The notes beneath the pieces are model-generated. The model worked only from the letters and a program-made list of their open reading frames with translations, did no database searches and was not told the DNA's origin. Position numbers and translations under genes: made by a program. Below are positions 15,225 to 46,937 of a stretch of 64,000 nt of DNA, piece after piece. How positions within the stretch are numbered: position 1 is the stretch's first letter; each line of letters opens with the position of its first letter. The stretch lies in assembly GCA_963693365.1 (NCBI GenBank), contig CAVNZM010000001.1:8510907-8574906 (forward strand), written 5' to 3'. This DNA is from Amoebidium appalachense. Taxonomy: Eukaryota; Protista; Ichthyosporea.

Positions 15225-16825
15225 CCCCTCCCCGGCCAACTACCATCACCATGTCACCATTTCTCCTATTCAGCCCCCTTCGGTTGTTCGATGCCGTTGC
15301 AGCGAACCCGAACACCCACCCACTGAAAATGCCACCCCTATCCCACCCGTTCCACTACTTAAACCCTTTGTCCCCCTCCCTCCCTCCCCTCCTTCCCCCC
15401 TCACCATCACCACTACCATACACATCCTAAACAAAAAGGCAAGAAAAAAAGGAGAAGGGAACACGAGAATCACCCTTCCACTCATGCCCTCATACACAAT
15501 GACACACGTGCACCTCCACCCGCAAACCCCCCCCCCCCCCCCCCCCCCCCAAAGGGAAAAAACAGGCAATCCCTCCTACCCATCCCTCCAACGGGCCTGA
15601 CTCCTCCCTCCCTTCCCACACCATGCCACCACCCATCCACCCAACCATTCCATCATCCCAATCCCACCACCCATCCCATCACCATTCCCAATCCCCCCCC
15701 CCCCCCCCCCCCCCCACACATACACACACATACACAAACCCTTCCCTCCCTTTCAAACCTCCCCTCCCCCCCCCCCCCCCCCATACCCTCCCCCCCCCCC
15801 CCCCCCCTCCCCACCCACCCATCTTCGTATCTCCCCCTCTCCAGCCCCACAGCCCTTCCCCCCCCCCCCCCCCACACACACACACACACACCTTATCGGT
15901 CATTGTTGCGGAGAACAGGAATGTCCTCCTCTCTCTCGGGATGACCTTCAAAATCTTATCCACTTCCTCCTCAAAGTCCATCGTCAACATACGGTCTGCC
16001 TCATCCATCACCTGAAAAATAAAAGGTGGGTCAGCATATAAGCACACCTGGGCACCTCAGTGAGACACATACACCCACACACGTGCATATAAGCAGGTGT
16101 GCTCATTGTTGCACACATACACATGGAATCAAGCTTACGTACCCACGTCCAGGTGCACATGTACACATCGACCCATACCCCACTTTCTCCACCCCTACCA
16201 ACCCCGTCCTCCCTCCCCCCCCCCACCTCTCTTTCTCTTCCCCAATACCCCACTCCCCTCCCCTCCCTCCTACTCCCTTCCCCTCCCCCGCCCCCACCCC
16301 AAAGTCACTACTCCCTACCTTCGGGTTCTTCTATATACATGTGCCTCTTCCTATCTTCGTCCTCAGCCCGCTCTCCGATATCTCCCCGATACACCCTGTT
16401 CCCCACACTTTTAAACCATAACCCTCCCCCCTCCTCCCCCCTTCCCCTCGCCCCAACCTCATCTTCCCTCTCCCTTCCCCCCAGCTATTAACACCGAACC
16501 ATGCCAATAACCATCTTCTCTCCCCCCCCCCCCCCCTCCCCCTCCCCCCACCCAACCCCACATACACGCATACATATACATACACAGACACACACGTACC
16601 AGATACTTGAGAGAGCGCAGGTGAAAACCCTTTGTGTTTTCAAGGTGGTCGACAATACGTCCGGGTGTGGCCACGATGACGTGGGGCTTCTTAGCCAGGG
16701 CTATTGCCTGCTGCATCATGTCCACACCACCCACAATGACGCATGGCCGTGCACCAATAGATGACCCCAGGGCCTCAAACTGCTCACCTATCTGGAACGC
16801 AAGCTCACTGTTTTGATATGTGTGG

Positions 16826-16885
<60 letters not shown>

Positions 16886-18330
16886 GTCCGTAAGTGTGAG
16901 TGTGAAAGTGTGTGTGCGTGTGCGCGTGCGTGAGTGTATGTGTGGGGCGTAGATGTAATTAAGTATGAGTCCGTGTTTGGGGGTAGTTTTTTTGGGGGGG
17001 TTTTTTCCCTTTGAAAAGGAGGGGGCGAGGGGGGGGGGGGAAGGCAAATGGGTGCCTAGGTAAATGCTTGTATTGGTGGGAGAGGTTGGGGGGGTGGGAG
17101 CGGGGAAAGGAAGGGGGGTTGGGAGGGGGGGGGGGGACAGGCAGATGGGCTGGGCTGGACCTGGAAAGGGGAGAGGATAGAGAAAAGAGGGATTAGGGTA
17201 CCAACATCTTCGCACAAGTCAAGGAAAACATCAAACCTGTTACGCGTAAAAAAAAGAACATCTGCGTGAGCAAACGCAAGCAATTCGAGGTGTCCATTAC
17301 AAGAGTCCGCAACCCCTTGCGTAGAACGGCAACGGGGTGTGTGTGGATGTGTCAAAGTGTGCACATAAACATAAAACAACCGTGTTTGTTCCCGTCTTCT
17401 AAGCACATACACCTCACCCATGCATTGAATGTGGAAGAGGACAAGAGCGCAACAGGTATTATGCAGCTTCCCACATAGCCCCTCCCCCCCCCCCCCCCTC
17501 CCCCCTAAATCACACACCCATCAACTGTGCACTTACCGAGTTGGGGTGAGCACAAGTGCAAACAGGGGAGACGGGTTGTCAAGCAGGGACTGCAGGATGG
17601 GCAGCGCAAACGCTGCCGTTTTGCCCGACCCTGTTTCGGCCAGACCGATAATATCCCGCCCTGCAAACCCAGCCCATGTTAGAGAGGAATACTTTACACA
17701 AATACTGAAGATAGAAACAACTTGGCAGTCAGACACCTACGGAAAACAAGAGGAACAGAGCAGTAAGAGTTAGTCTCGATATAGCCCCCCCCCCCCCCCC
17801 CCCCCCCCTGCCCCTCCCCCTCCTTCCCCCCCCACGTTTAACCAAAACCCACTCAAGCTGCGTGGTAAATGTCCCTGCTTACACATCCAACCCTCAGAAT
17901 GCCCCAACCACCACGCTCACCTTGAAGGGCCACGGGTATGGCCTCCCGCTGAATTTTGGTGGGTGCCGTAAACCCCAGCGACTTGCAGGCGTCACAGATG
18001 GTATCCACTAGCCCCTGAATGGTATTTATCAGAATGTAGACGGTTTCTTCTGGTGACACACAAACGATCATAAGATAAGCACACGCACACACAAACACCC
18101 GAAAAGGAATTCGCACATAGTTTTACATAACCGGCACAAAAATGGAAACTCAACCGCACACGAAGTACAACAACTTTACACTAGGTGCACGGATTAGCAA
18201 ACTCCACCAACCACGCCGCCACTCCTACTAGTACATCAACGCAGACACTATCTCAATCCGACACACGCATACATACCAGCTCCTTGAAAGTGGTGGGCTT
18301 CTCTTCGCCGACATCTTCTAAGTCAGCCAT
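11773..18330 (-). CDS. DDX47: DEAD-box rRNA-processing helicase DDX47/Rrp3; exons 18330-18277, 18014-17921, 17660-17537, 16807-16600, 16011-15892, 15118-15060, 14116-14042, 13155-12687, 11880-11773
   Basis: Motifs [64 protein letters not shown] and the DDX47-typical FVTQYDVE...ERVGEAQR, followed by a basic C-terminal tail. All junctions are GT-AG and in frame. Confidence 0.95.
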
Positions 18331-20274
18331 GTTTGGCTCTCAGGCGCAGCCCTGATTGTTTTGTAACCTGCCTAATGTTTGCGTGTTGCAGGTGGGTAAG
18401 GGAATAGCGGGAATAGACTACCAGGGCACAGAAAACAACCAGTAACGCGTTAGCCTTTACAATGTGGAGCTAAATCCTCACGTGAATTACAGCTGTCACC
18501 AAGTTACTAACTTAGAGAAAACACTTTCCCCAGATCTGCTGTTTGCGGCACGCACGTGTACGCCACTGGCCGCGTCTCACAACATCTCCAGGGGTTTTAG
18601 GGTTTTGGCTGCGCTACCCATTTTACCGTATTGTCAGAATTTCAAAATTGCATGGGCCCATGGCGGATTTGTCTCATTTACAACACGTATAGACCCCTTT
18701 ATATTTTCAAATGTTAAGGCTTATTCCAGTTCAATTTACCATCAAAATTACACACCCCGATAGAGAAAGCAGGGCTTCATATTCCGCTCTGGAGTGTCAA
18801 AATAACCACCTGGCCACCTTTTACCTGGGAAAACACCCATTTTGTATGAAAACACACCAAAATACACTATTTTGGCCTATTTCACTGCTACGAAAAACCA
18901 ATACAGCACCTCACAGCGTTACTCGTATTGACCCCCGGGGTTTAATCGTGAATAAGACGATTTTGGCCGCGTTCACACTGGGCGGATATGATAGGCCAGG
19001 GATATTTGCAAGATTCCCGGGCCGAAATCGATATCCCAGTGTTAACACTGGACGCGCACATATGCCAGTCGGATGTCACATGTCAGCGCCGCGCGCTGAG
19101 CCGCGCCGCGACGCTAAGAGCAAAACGCTCAAAGAAACATCTTTGCGTCGCCTCTACATACAACAAAAAAATTTGACTTATGCAAAAAAAAGATTTTACA
19201 GCGGTTTATTTAATCATATAAATGTTTTTCTGAACTTTTTATGTATATTTTTATAAAGTAAGACTTACAAACTGCCGACGCGGCACACATTGTAAACAGT
19301 TGGACTATTTAGGATAAGGCAGAGTACAACTGAATCAAAATAAAGACAGAGAACGGGTAGAAAGGCACACGCGGCCAGGTTGCTTTTACTATGGGCCGAC
19401 TCAGTCTGTCTCAGACTTCACTGATGTGATCCCCGTACTGGGACGGCTTTCTTATATAGCCCCCAGGTTTCGGATCAAGGCCCAGGATTGGTTCATCCGC
19501 GGCCAGCGCGGGTGGCAACATGCCATTCGTGATTCTGGTGCGGTCCGAGCCAGTCAGACCTTTGTCCTATTTATGCAAACCTCTTATTGGTTCACTTCGT
19601 TTATGTGGTATGCAGCGGAAGAACCATATATGGTTCAATTCTTAGGTCAGAGTGAGTCCTATTGGTGCGGACATAATATTTATGTGATATTCATTACAAA
19701 GCACGAATCGTGTGCTAGTAGATCACATTCTTTAGTAAACATGTACAGTTCATGTGTACAGTTGTTTACACTCCCCCCCTTGTCGGGAGCCTGGTGGTGT
19801 CGTTAGACAAGCAAACCACCAGGCTGAGAGGCGATAAACAACCTTCAGCGAGAATTCTTGTGCGCCGACCTGCTGGGCAGAACAGAGCAAGGACGGTTGA
19901 ATAGAGTTGTGCACGTCTATGAGCACTTCTTCATTTGCCAAAACGTAAATTCATGCAGCATTCTTCTGTGATTTCATTTTCGTGGCGAAGATTGTTGCAG
20001 AGTGTGTGCGAATTGTTCGCTTCGTCTCTGTGCTTGGCTTTTCTGTAGAAGTAGTATTTTTCTTTTGGGAATTTTTCCTTTTTAGGATACTCCCGCAGAT
20101 TCGTTTTCAATTGCGAGTAATTTGGTTGTGTGGATGAATGATCATACCAAACATTCGATAATGAATATAACTCAAGGCTTAGGTCACTTCGTAGCTCAGG
20201 TAGTGGTGGATAGCTTCAAGGCTTAGCCGCTGCTCCTTATCCCGGTTCTACCTTAAGACTGTAAGGCGAGTCGC

Positions 20275-20455
20275 CATGGCCAGAAAAGCCACTTCTTTCA
20301 TGAACAAATAGCACTTCTTTCCTTTCAGCTTTAACCCTGCATCATCGGAGCTGGGAAAAACATGAATAAAAATGCCCCAAGTGTTCTTCGTTGGGCGACA
20401 TAAAGAAATATATCAGCCCGTCAGAATTCGAACCAGTAAAAACCCGGTTCATAAT
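20275..20455 (-). pseudogene. Degenerate gypsy-type reverse transcriptase remnant
   Basis: Minus strand gives MNRVFTG...NEEHLGH and, after a frameshift, DAGLKLKGKKCYLFMKEVAFL. This matches the gypsy RT pattern EEHL.HL...AGLKLK..KC.F....V.FLGH. The YxDD motif is missing. Confidence 0.7.
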
Positions 20456-20695
20456 TCATAAGAAGAGGGTAGGCAAAGCAAACCTTCTTCAGAAAACACA
20501 TGCTTCCATTCGTGAGCAGTTTTCGTATCCCATTTGCCAGCCATTTTTCGTTGAGCAGGGGGATTCCAGGCATAATACATTCTTCTGGAGGCTTGGCCTA
20601 AAAAGAAAAGTCGTCAGAGTCGCCCTTTCTTTTGTAAGCAACTTCGTGAGCGCGCTTCGTGTTTTCATATCCTCCAGTGCAGGTCTGGATGGTGC

Positions 20696-21836
20696 TGTTG
20701 GAAGTAGAGTCCGCTGTGACTAGGGTCGTCGTGGCGCGCTTGGGCGCTGACCCGTTTCTTTACTGTTTTCAGTGTGTTAACTCCATGACTGAACTCCATG
20801 GCTGAACTCCATGACTGAACTCCATGACTGAACTCCATGTCTGCACCTGGCAGAGACGTGGCTTATATACCCGTGGGGCAGCAGTCTGGAATGTAATCCG
20901 GATGCCAGGTGCTAATCGGATTGGTTACTTTCATTTAGAGATCTCTGGGACCAGTGAACCAATCGTTTGCAGTCAAAACACAATTGGCAACATTCCTCAA
21001 CTATGCAGATGTGCATGTGGTGATCGAGTGTCAGCGTGTGTCTGTGTACACGGAACCAATTGTAAAGCTAACATACACATATTGTGGAGTGAGCGTAAGT
21101 CTGCACTCCAACACCCCTACCCAATTGGAGAAGTGTACACACCACTGTAGAGAAGAGAGAGTGAGTGTGGCTGCTTGCAGGGTAGACCGGGGTGTGCATT
21201 CCACTGTGGTGCGTGCCCCGCCAATGAAGTGGAATACTTGACGTTGATGTCGCAGGCTGCTGCGGATGGAGTTTGTGGAAGCGAAAGTCTCTACTTCACG
21301 GAAATACGCTCGCGGGTGTAGGGTACAGCCTAGAAGTCGGTTTCTGGGCTCCTCCGTTCAAGGCGTCGTAGGGGACGTGAGGTTAGAGGCCGCGGTGTCG
21401 TGTCTGGGCCCATAACCCTGTTGGAAGTAGAGTCCGCTGTGACTAGGGTCGTCGTGGCGCGCTTGGGCGCTGACCCGTTTCTTTACTGTTTTCAGTGTGT
21501 TAACTCCATGACTGAACTCCATGGCTGAACTCCATGACTGAACTCCATGACTGAACTCCATGTCTGCACCTGGCAGAGACGTGGCTTATATACCCGTGGG
21601 GCAGCAGTCTGGAATGTAATCCGGATGCCAGGTGCTAATCGGATTGGTTACTTTCATTTAGAGATCTCTGGGACCAGTGAACCAATCGTTTGCAGTCAAA
21701 ACACAATTGGCAACATTCCTCAACTATGCAGATGTGCATGTGGTGATCGAGTGTCAGCGTGTGTCTGTGTACACGGAACCAATTGTAAAGCTAACATACA
21801 CATATTGTGGAGTGAGCGTAAGTCTGCACTCCAACA
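20696..21836 (-). mobile_element. Copia-type TRIM (miniature LTR element); LTRs 20696-21113 and 21419-21836 (418 bp), 305-bp non-coding interior
   Basis: Apparently identical LTRs with TGTTGGA...TCCAACA termini and a 5-bp TSD GGTGC (20691-20695, 21837-21841). PBS GGTTATGGGCCCAG on minus next to the right LTR and purine tract GGGTAGGGG on minus next to the left LTR. Each LTR has four 13-bp repeats (TGAACTCCATGAC) and a minus-strand TATATAA. Confidence 0.93.
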
Positions 21837-22163
21837 GGTGCCCCATCCTCTGCTTCATTTGTAGGTGGCCCTACTGTTGGTTCTGTTCGTTGTGTGGAAA
21901 ACCAAAACCATTCGTGTTCGTGGAACTGCTTTGTGCTGTGCTTTCTTTCGTGTTGGTGTTCATGAAGTTACCCCGTTCACACACCCTACTTCTTACATAC
22001 ATTAGATGTAAGTAGCTGCCTGGTGAGTGTGTGGTTCGTGTTCGTGGCATTCTTCTGTTCCGTCGTGAGAAGAATATTCGTTTTAGCAGAGGTGCCCAAT
22101 AAGTTAGCTTGTGGGGTTGTCTCCCGCATGTGCCCATTGGTGGGGTATGCACGTGCTAAATTG

Positions 22164-22530
22164 TTACAGTGTCATCATATTGCAAGGGAATAACATGGTC
22201 ACCTCCGTACCAGGGCCTAGGTACACATGATGGTCCGATGTGTTAGTCAACAACACCTTGCATTCGTATTCGTATTCGTCTTCCACGTCACTTTCTTCAG
22301 TAGTGAAGGAGGGTATTCGTAATTCGAAACTGAAAGGCTTCCAGCCAAAATACTGACACTGTATGATGGGGTTGTGAGGGAGCGGTGCCCATACCACATT
22401 CTTTTGTTCTGGTGGGGGTGTGCCGGCAGCTAGTGCAAGGCTTGACAGTGTAATTGGTATGTTACACAGTATTGCCACTGACGGGCAATCACCTTAAAAT
22501 TCGTACCCAACACCTTCTTTGTTTTTCACA
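22164..22530 (-). pseudogene. Degenerate dUTPase-like domain inside the gypsy-derived element
   Basis: GVGYEF*...SDVEDEYEYECKVLLTNTSDHHVYLGPGTEVTML aligns by eye to dUTPase AGYDL...GVIDxDYRGELKVLLFNHSxxxFxIxxGDRIAQL. Catalytic residues are eroded and there is an in-frame stop. Confidence 0.5.
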
Positions 22531-23538
22531 TGCATGAACAAAAGTTCTGCATCGACTTTATTACATGCCTTTTGTGCACCAAGAGTGCAAATTCGTTTGG
22601 GCGTGGCACCAGGAAGGGCCGCCATACATGAGGCATATGTTCGTAATGTGTTTAGGCATGCCAGCATACATTCATGCGCATGTTGTGCATCCTGTGCGCT
22701 AAACTATGGGGCATGCTGTATTCGAAAACAGCAAGAAATTCGAATCATGCATGCAAAACTACTTTCACAGCACCTTATGTCCTCAATGCTATAGGAACAG
22801 CGACTATCTTCTTCTTTAAATGCATTCGTGCTGAAAGTGGCCGTGCATCATGATGATCTGGCTTGCGAGTGTGGACGTGCATGCGGTGGCATGGACACGA
22901 TGACAGTGTGCAATAGCGCAATGCACGCAAGGGCAACGGTTTTCTTTTCTTCGTAACATAGAGGGGGCTGTGTGCATTGCAACCCAAGCAGTGTTGTGCA
23001 TTCGTTCTTTCATTTTCGTATTTCCATTTCATTTTGCTTCCGTTTTTCGTTTTTTGTCGTTTGATAACTTCGTTACTTTGTTTTGTTTTGTGTTGCATTC
23101 ATTTTGTATTTCCTCTATGCATTCGCTTGTCGTGAATTCTTTATTTCATTGTGTATTCGTGATGGTTGCGTTTTTCGTTGGTTCATTGCTTCGTTAGCAA
23201 TTCTTTATTCGTTTGTTCGTGTATTCGTTGTTTCGTTGTGTATTCGTTTTTCTTCACATTTTTGATGTGTCGTAGCAAAAGAAGTTTTACATGCTTTCAA
23301 TTCTTTCCGTGTAGGTGGGCTGGCCACTTCAAACTTGTCGGTGTATATATTCTAAGCCGGACAAGGAAAGATGTGCCTATCATCGTGGTAAAAAGGATTT
23401 GTGATCGGCCATGGGAGATTCTTGAGCTGATTGAAAGATGTGAGATTCTTGAACTGATTGAAAGATGTGAGATTCGAAGGATGCGAGATTCTTGAACTGC
23501 GCGGTCGCCAATGTAAACAGTTGGCAATGTAAAACAGT

Positions 23539-23556
23539 GTCCTGCCGCGGTCGCCA
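23539..23556 (-). promoter_or_regulatory. Primer-binding site complementary to tRNA-Arg 3' end
   Basis: Plus strand GTCCTGCCGCGGTCGCCA, which from memory equals the 3' 18 nt (with CCA) of eukaryotic tRNA-Arg(UCG). It lies 1 nt from the LTR edge. Confidence 0.75.
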
Positions 23557-24706
23557 ATGTAAACAGTTGGACTATTTAGGATAAGGCAGAGTACAACTGA
23601 ATCAAAATAAAGACAGAGAACGGGTAGAAAGGCACACGCGGCCAGGTTGCTTTTACTATGGGCCGACTCAGTCTGTCTCAGACTTCACTGATGTGATCCC
23701 CGTACTGGGACGGCTTTCTTATATAGCCCCCAGGTTTCGGATCAAGGCCCAGGATTGGTTCATCCGCGGCCAGCGCGGGTGGCAACATGCCATTCGTGAT
23801 TCTGGTGCGGTCCGAGCCAGTCAGACCTTTGTCCTATTTATGCAAACCTCTTATTGGTTCACTTCGTTTATGTGGTATGCAGCGGAAGAACCATATATGG
23901 TTCAATTCTTAGGTCAGAGTGAGTCCTATTGGTGCGGACATAATATTTATGTGATATTCATTACAAAGCACGAATCGTGTGCTAGTAGATCACATTCTTT
24001 AGTAAACATGTACAGTTCATGTGTACAGTTGTTTACACACATCCCACTTGCATATAAAATAGACCCACCCCCAATCCCCCGGCTAATTAATATTCCAACG
24101 GCATATTTGATTAACCAAAAAAAGAAATTCGCCATTTCATATCCTGCCAGTGTGAACAGCGATTTGGGGTATTTGAAATATCCCGATCGGATATTTATTA
24201 CCATATATGGCAAGTGCCATATCATATCCCGCCAGTGTGAACGCGGCCTTTGGGTCGTTGTGCACATCGTAATTCAACCCCTGAACCGCTCGATGTGACC
24301 ACCAATCAATTATTGCCACGTATTGTATTGGATCACTAAATTTTTGATGGTCAACCTTAAGCTTTGTGCTTTCCGATTGCTTTATTGGCCGGACTACGTA
24401 TGACTAAATAAACACAACAAGAAATACAAACTCATTATCACGGCACACAGTGCCCGGGCTGCTACGAACCACCCACTACTACAGTACGTACCCCACAGGG
24501 ATACAAAGTACATGCACACTGCCCTGCCCCACTTGCACTCCTGACCCTATAGCGCTAAAGCCTCGTGTGTGTGCTTGTGTGCGTGCGTGTGTGGGGGGGA
24601 GGGGGTTTACGCTGTTTACTCGAGGCAAAGAGAGACCAGTCTCGGGTATGGGGGGGTTTTGCTCGGAGTATCCCCTCAGCGGTATGTCATGATCAAGTAC
24701 ATAAAT

Positions 24707-27000
<2,294 letters not shown>

Positions 27001-27873
27001 TGCACATCGAAGAAATCCGAGAAGACGAAGTTCCGGTACATCCGAATATACCAACTGCAGATTGTACATCATTACAGATTAGTCAGAACAACCTCTCATT
27101 CCATAATGTCAAGAAGAGGCTCCACCATATATTCCTACTTTTTTTTGTTTGTTTGTTTTATAAAAAATCTCTTTGGGGCTATTTCTACTCTTTTTTTTTT
27201 TACTATTGTTTTTTACATTTCTACTTTGCCATAAAGCAACAACCCGACCGGTAGCATTTGCAAACGGATATATACTCGCAGGTTCACATCCCTAATTTTT
27301 TATTGGTTGATACAATGAGTCACACAGCAAACCTCGGCACGTGGCACCTGATAATCTGACTGGACAAGTATTTCATTACCACTGGACAAGTATTTCATTA
27401 CCACCATACAACTCTACCGTACCACATATCTGAAGCTCACAGCTTTGCCCCTGCAATCGACATCCAAACAAGGTGTACCGCGTAACAAAGGTACCACCAT
27501 GATCATTTTATGTTCTATACCCACCCACAAGCCACACATGCATTAATCCATATACAATGTATACAAGCTCTGGTCAAAATCAGGCCCACAGCCGCATTAA
27601 ATATTACCAACATGTCCATGTCTCTGACAAATTTCTTTCTCGACAGGAGAACACAACGGAAGAACCAACCTAATCACTCTTCCCCACATAACACTAATAG
27701 CCCAAACCGCTAATGACCACATCCACCAAAGACCACCTACACACCCTATAGCTAAATAACAGGGAAGACATCGATGGGGCAGCCCCTATATATCATTCAT
27801 CTGCTAGGTAATTCACACTATACCTTTAAATTTGTTAGGTTTCAAGTTAACGTATCATCATTTTGCCGTATTC

Positions 27874-44183
<16,310 letters not shown>

Positions 44184-44712
44184 GGTGGCTGCTATCTGCC
44201 TCGGTGAGGCAACGACCAAAGCTCAGAATGAAACCTGTTGGGGGTTGGCTGATTATGCGATCGTCTCGATCAACATCGGATAAATTCCATTCATAGAAGA
44301 AACATGCATGAAAAGAATGCAGAAGACGCAGTTTGGTATACGGAGTAACGAACTGGGGTTGGGAGGATGAAAGATGGGAATGGTGGGGGGACGGCAGGGC
44401 CCGAGAAAGGGGGGGGGGGGGGGTCCGGGGGAGAGGGGGGAGGGGGGGAGGAGGGGGAGGAGGAGGAGGATGCGGGGATGGGGGGAGGGGGAGGGGGTGG
44501 TTAGCAGGACACATCAGGAGATGCAACTACACCTTGAGAAACACAGTGCCCTACACACGCAAAGGCAAACATTAAAGTATGCCTTATCAGCAACGGGCGC
44601 AGTAAGATCAGCAGAGCCCTTCCGCAGGGAAGGGCGGAGAGAGCGGGGAGGGGGGAAGGGGGGGGGGAGTGGGGGTGGGATGCGTTGAGTATTTATGAAT
44701 TAGCACAGCCCG

Positions 44713-44846
44713 CACACCACATGCACATGATGGCCATGAAATAGCAAAGCAAGGAGGCAAAAGACACAACAGCTTGGATCACACCACATGCACATGATGG
44801 CCATGAAATAGCAGAGCAAGGAGGCAAAAGACACAACAGCTTGGAT
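44713..44846. repeat. 67-bp tandem duplication upstream of the decarboxylase start codon
   Basis: CACACCACATGCACATGATGGCC...CAGCTTGGAT occurs twice with one mismatch. Confidence 0.9.
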
Positions 44847-46905
44847 CATCGTACGGTAAATTTAGCACAGCGAACGATCACCAGCGCACAATAAAGTATT
44901 CATTGGCCCTTCGCGCAAAAGACGAGGCTTCAAGGAAGAGGTGAGGCAAAACAGGCAACAGCAAAGCAATTTTATCCCTACCTTAAGCTTGTGAAACTCT
45001 GATGTCGTCGTTTTCACGGCTCCAGAGAGCGCTGTGTAGCATGTCAGAGCACCCAAGCTGCTTTGAGAGTGGTATCGACCTGAGCTGTGCTACTTACTCC
45101 GTGAAAGAAACGAATGCACAACAGTAGACCCGATGAAGAACTTAATGGACATCAAAAAGAAAAGAAATTTCTACACAATTTCCAACGACAACTTTGCCCC
45201 GATGAAGGAACCATTCGGCACCTGTCGACACATAAAGAAACTGTTACACATTCCTACTTCGTTACTTTTTTGCCCAAGCTCACGACCGGGGTCGGATCGC
45301 TTGTGCAAATAAAAAAAAAAACATGCCTTTTACGGCAAATCTTGATTGAACCAATCAGATTTCATAAGAACTTTTAGGACAGCCAATCAAATCGCGAACC
45401 AGAACTTCTCTTACCGTACAGTCCGATACCATCCAGGTCACGGTGCTGATTTTTGCTAGGGTGCACGGACGTCTCACTACCACCAATACCACGTATTTGA
45501 CTTAGATATGATTATTTTTAGGCAGAAATAAGAATATATACTGGAATCACCGAATACTCAGAGACACCAGCGAATTCTTTCCTGGGGCCTTTGGAGCTAC
45601 AATTTGTGGGGTGTGTTCCGTACACTTTTTGAACCGGTTCGACCCGAAAATGGTATCAGACCCACATACCAAAGTTCTCCCAGCAGATGACGATCGGGAC
45701 CAAGTTTTCTGTTCTAATTGGTGTGTCTGTACGTTTTTCTTTTGAAACAGTTGGTTGTCTTTTTCGTCACCGTCATGCTGTCACGAGTTTCTGCTAGATG
45801 ACGCTTAGAAGAAGGAAAAGGAGAACAGGTATGATAAAGAGAGAAATGTGGCAAGCCGAGCGCTTATACATAGTCGCAAACTGTCAGTGACATAGTGGGG
45901 GAAGTCGGTGCCAATCAAGAGCTTTCCAGAACTTGTTCCGACCATCATTCGTTCCCTCTCGCTCTCTCTCTGCTCTTATATATATATACTTTGCCACAAG
46001 ACCAAGTTTTTTCCCTTGCCGCGTCGGTGCTGAAAGGGCACCTGCTGACAGCGCGAGGGGGCGAGCACCATGCGATAGGCGTGCAGCTGAGCAGGTGAGA
46101 GGCGCACTTCTATGAGTTTAACACGGGCCAATTCTTACCTGATAAACCTTAACGAAGGAAGGGAAGAAGGTAAGGAGAAAGAGGAGGAGGAGGGGGGGAG
46201 GGAGGGGGGGAGGAGAGGAGGGGGTAGGGGGAGGGAAGGTGGAAGGGGATGGACAGATAAGGTTGGTGGACATCTTGTAGCCCGAAGGCATGCAGGCAGG
46301 AATGCTAGCTCGCACAAAAGTCATCATGTGAGAACACAAAACGTGGAGCGCTCTGGATTTCCTGTTTATCCAGGTTTGTGACTAGAAAACGCAATGTTTC
46401 AGTGCGTTGCACTACTGTTGGCTGAAAATTCGAACAAGTTGCTCAAGCCAATAAGGTACATTCCAGAGGAAACGAAGTGTGTGAGGACGAAAGCAATCCC
46501 AGCACTTTAGGGATTACATGGCATGGCTTCCGGTTAGTTCGCTCTCTGCGTTCGTTGCACATGATTTCCAGAAGAGGGACACTTCTTCAACAGCAGGGCT
46601 GGCCGACTGGAGACGCAATGTTTACCGTTAGATCGAAATGTTTTCGGTGTTTTTGCTGTTGTGTGTTGCAAAGGTAGCAACGAACTGTTCCACAGCAGTG
46701 GGTCTCTCTGTAACAAAGGAGCTGGTATTTGCTGTGGCATTGTTTGTTGGTGCCACTGCAGCCGAGACAATTTTTCTGCAGCTCCTTTCAATTCCTCCCC
46801 CTCCCCCCCCTCCCCGCCTCCTTCCTCCCCTCTTCCCTCCTGATATGTCCTTGTTGCCCATGGGGATAAGCCTCGGGAGAGAGAGGGTAGGGCGGGGGAG
46901 TGGGG

Positions 46906-46937
<32 letters not shown>

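Larger units (their letters stand above)
19291..24037 (-). mobile_element. Non-autonomous Ty3/gypsy-derived LTR retrotransposon; LTRs 19291-19770 and 23558-24037 (480 bp)
   Basis: Two apparently identical LTRs with TGTAAACA...TGTTTACA termini and a 5-bp TSD CACAT (19286-19290, 24038-24042). [13 protein letters not shown] on minus at 19771-19780. PBS TGGCGACCGCGGCAGGAC on minus just inside the right LTR. Degenerate RT remnants in the interior. Confidence 0.93.
18965..24248. mobile_element. Non-autonomous PIF/Harbinger-like DNA transposon (about 532 bp of own sequence) interrupted by an LTR element
   Basis: Perfect 17-bp TIR GGCCGCGTTCACACTGG (18965-18981) / CCAGTGTGAACGCGGCC (24232-24248), extending imperfectly through GATATGATA. 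TTT flanks both ends as a 3-bp TSD. GGC..GTTCACACT termini with a 3-bp TSD are typical of Harbinger elements. Confidence 0.75.

Noticed and set aside
18620-18960. Possible additional MITE beginning TACCGTATT
   Set aside because: No convincing matching TIR or TSD could be identified.
19428-19443. GATCCCCGTACTGG in the LTR resembling a tRNA-Ile 3' end
   Set aside because: The match is short, there is no cloverleaf upstream, and it is not positioned as a PBS.
19426-24298. Duplicated ORFs at 19426/23693 and 20824/21547 as paralogous genes
   Set aside because: They are chance ORFs within the paired LTRs, antisense to the elements.
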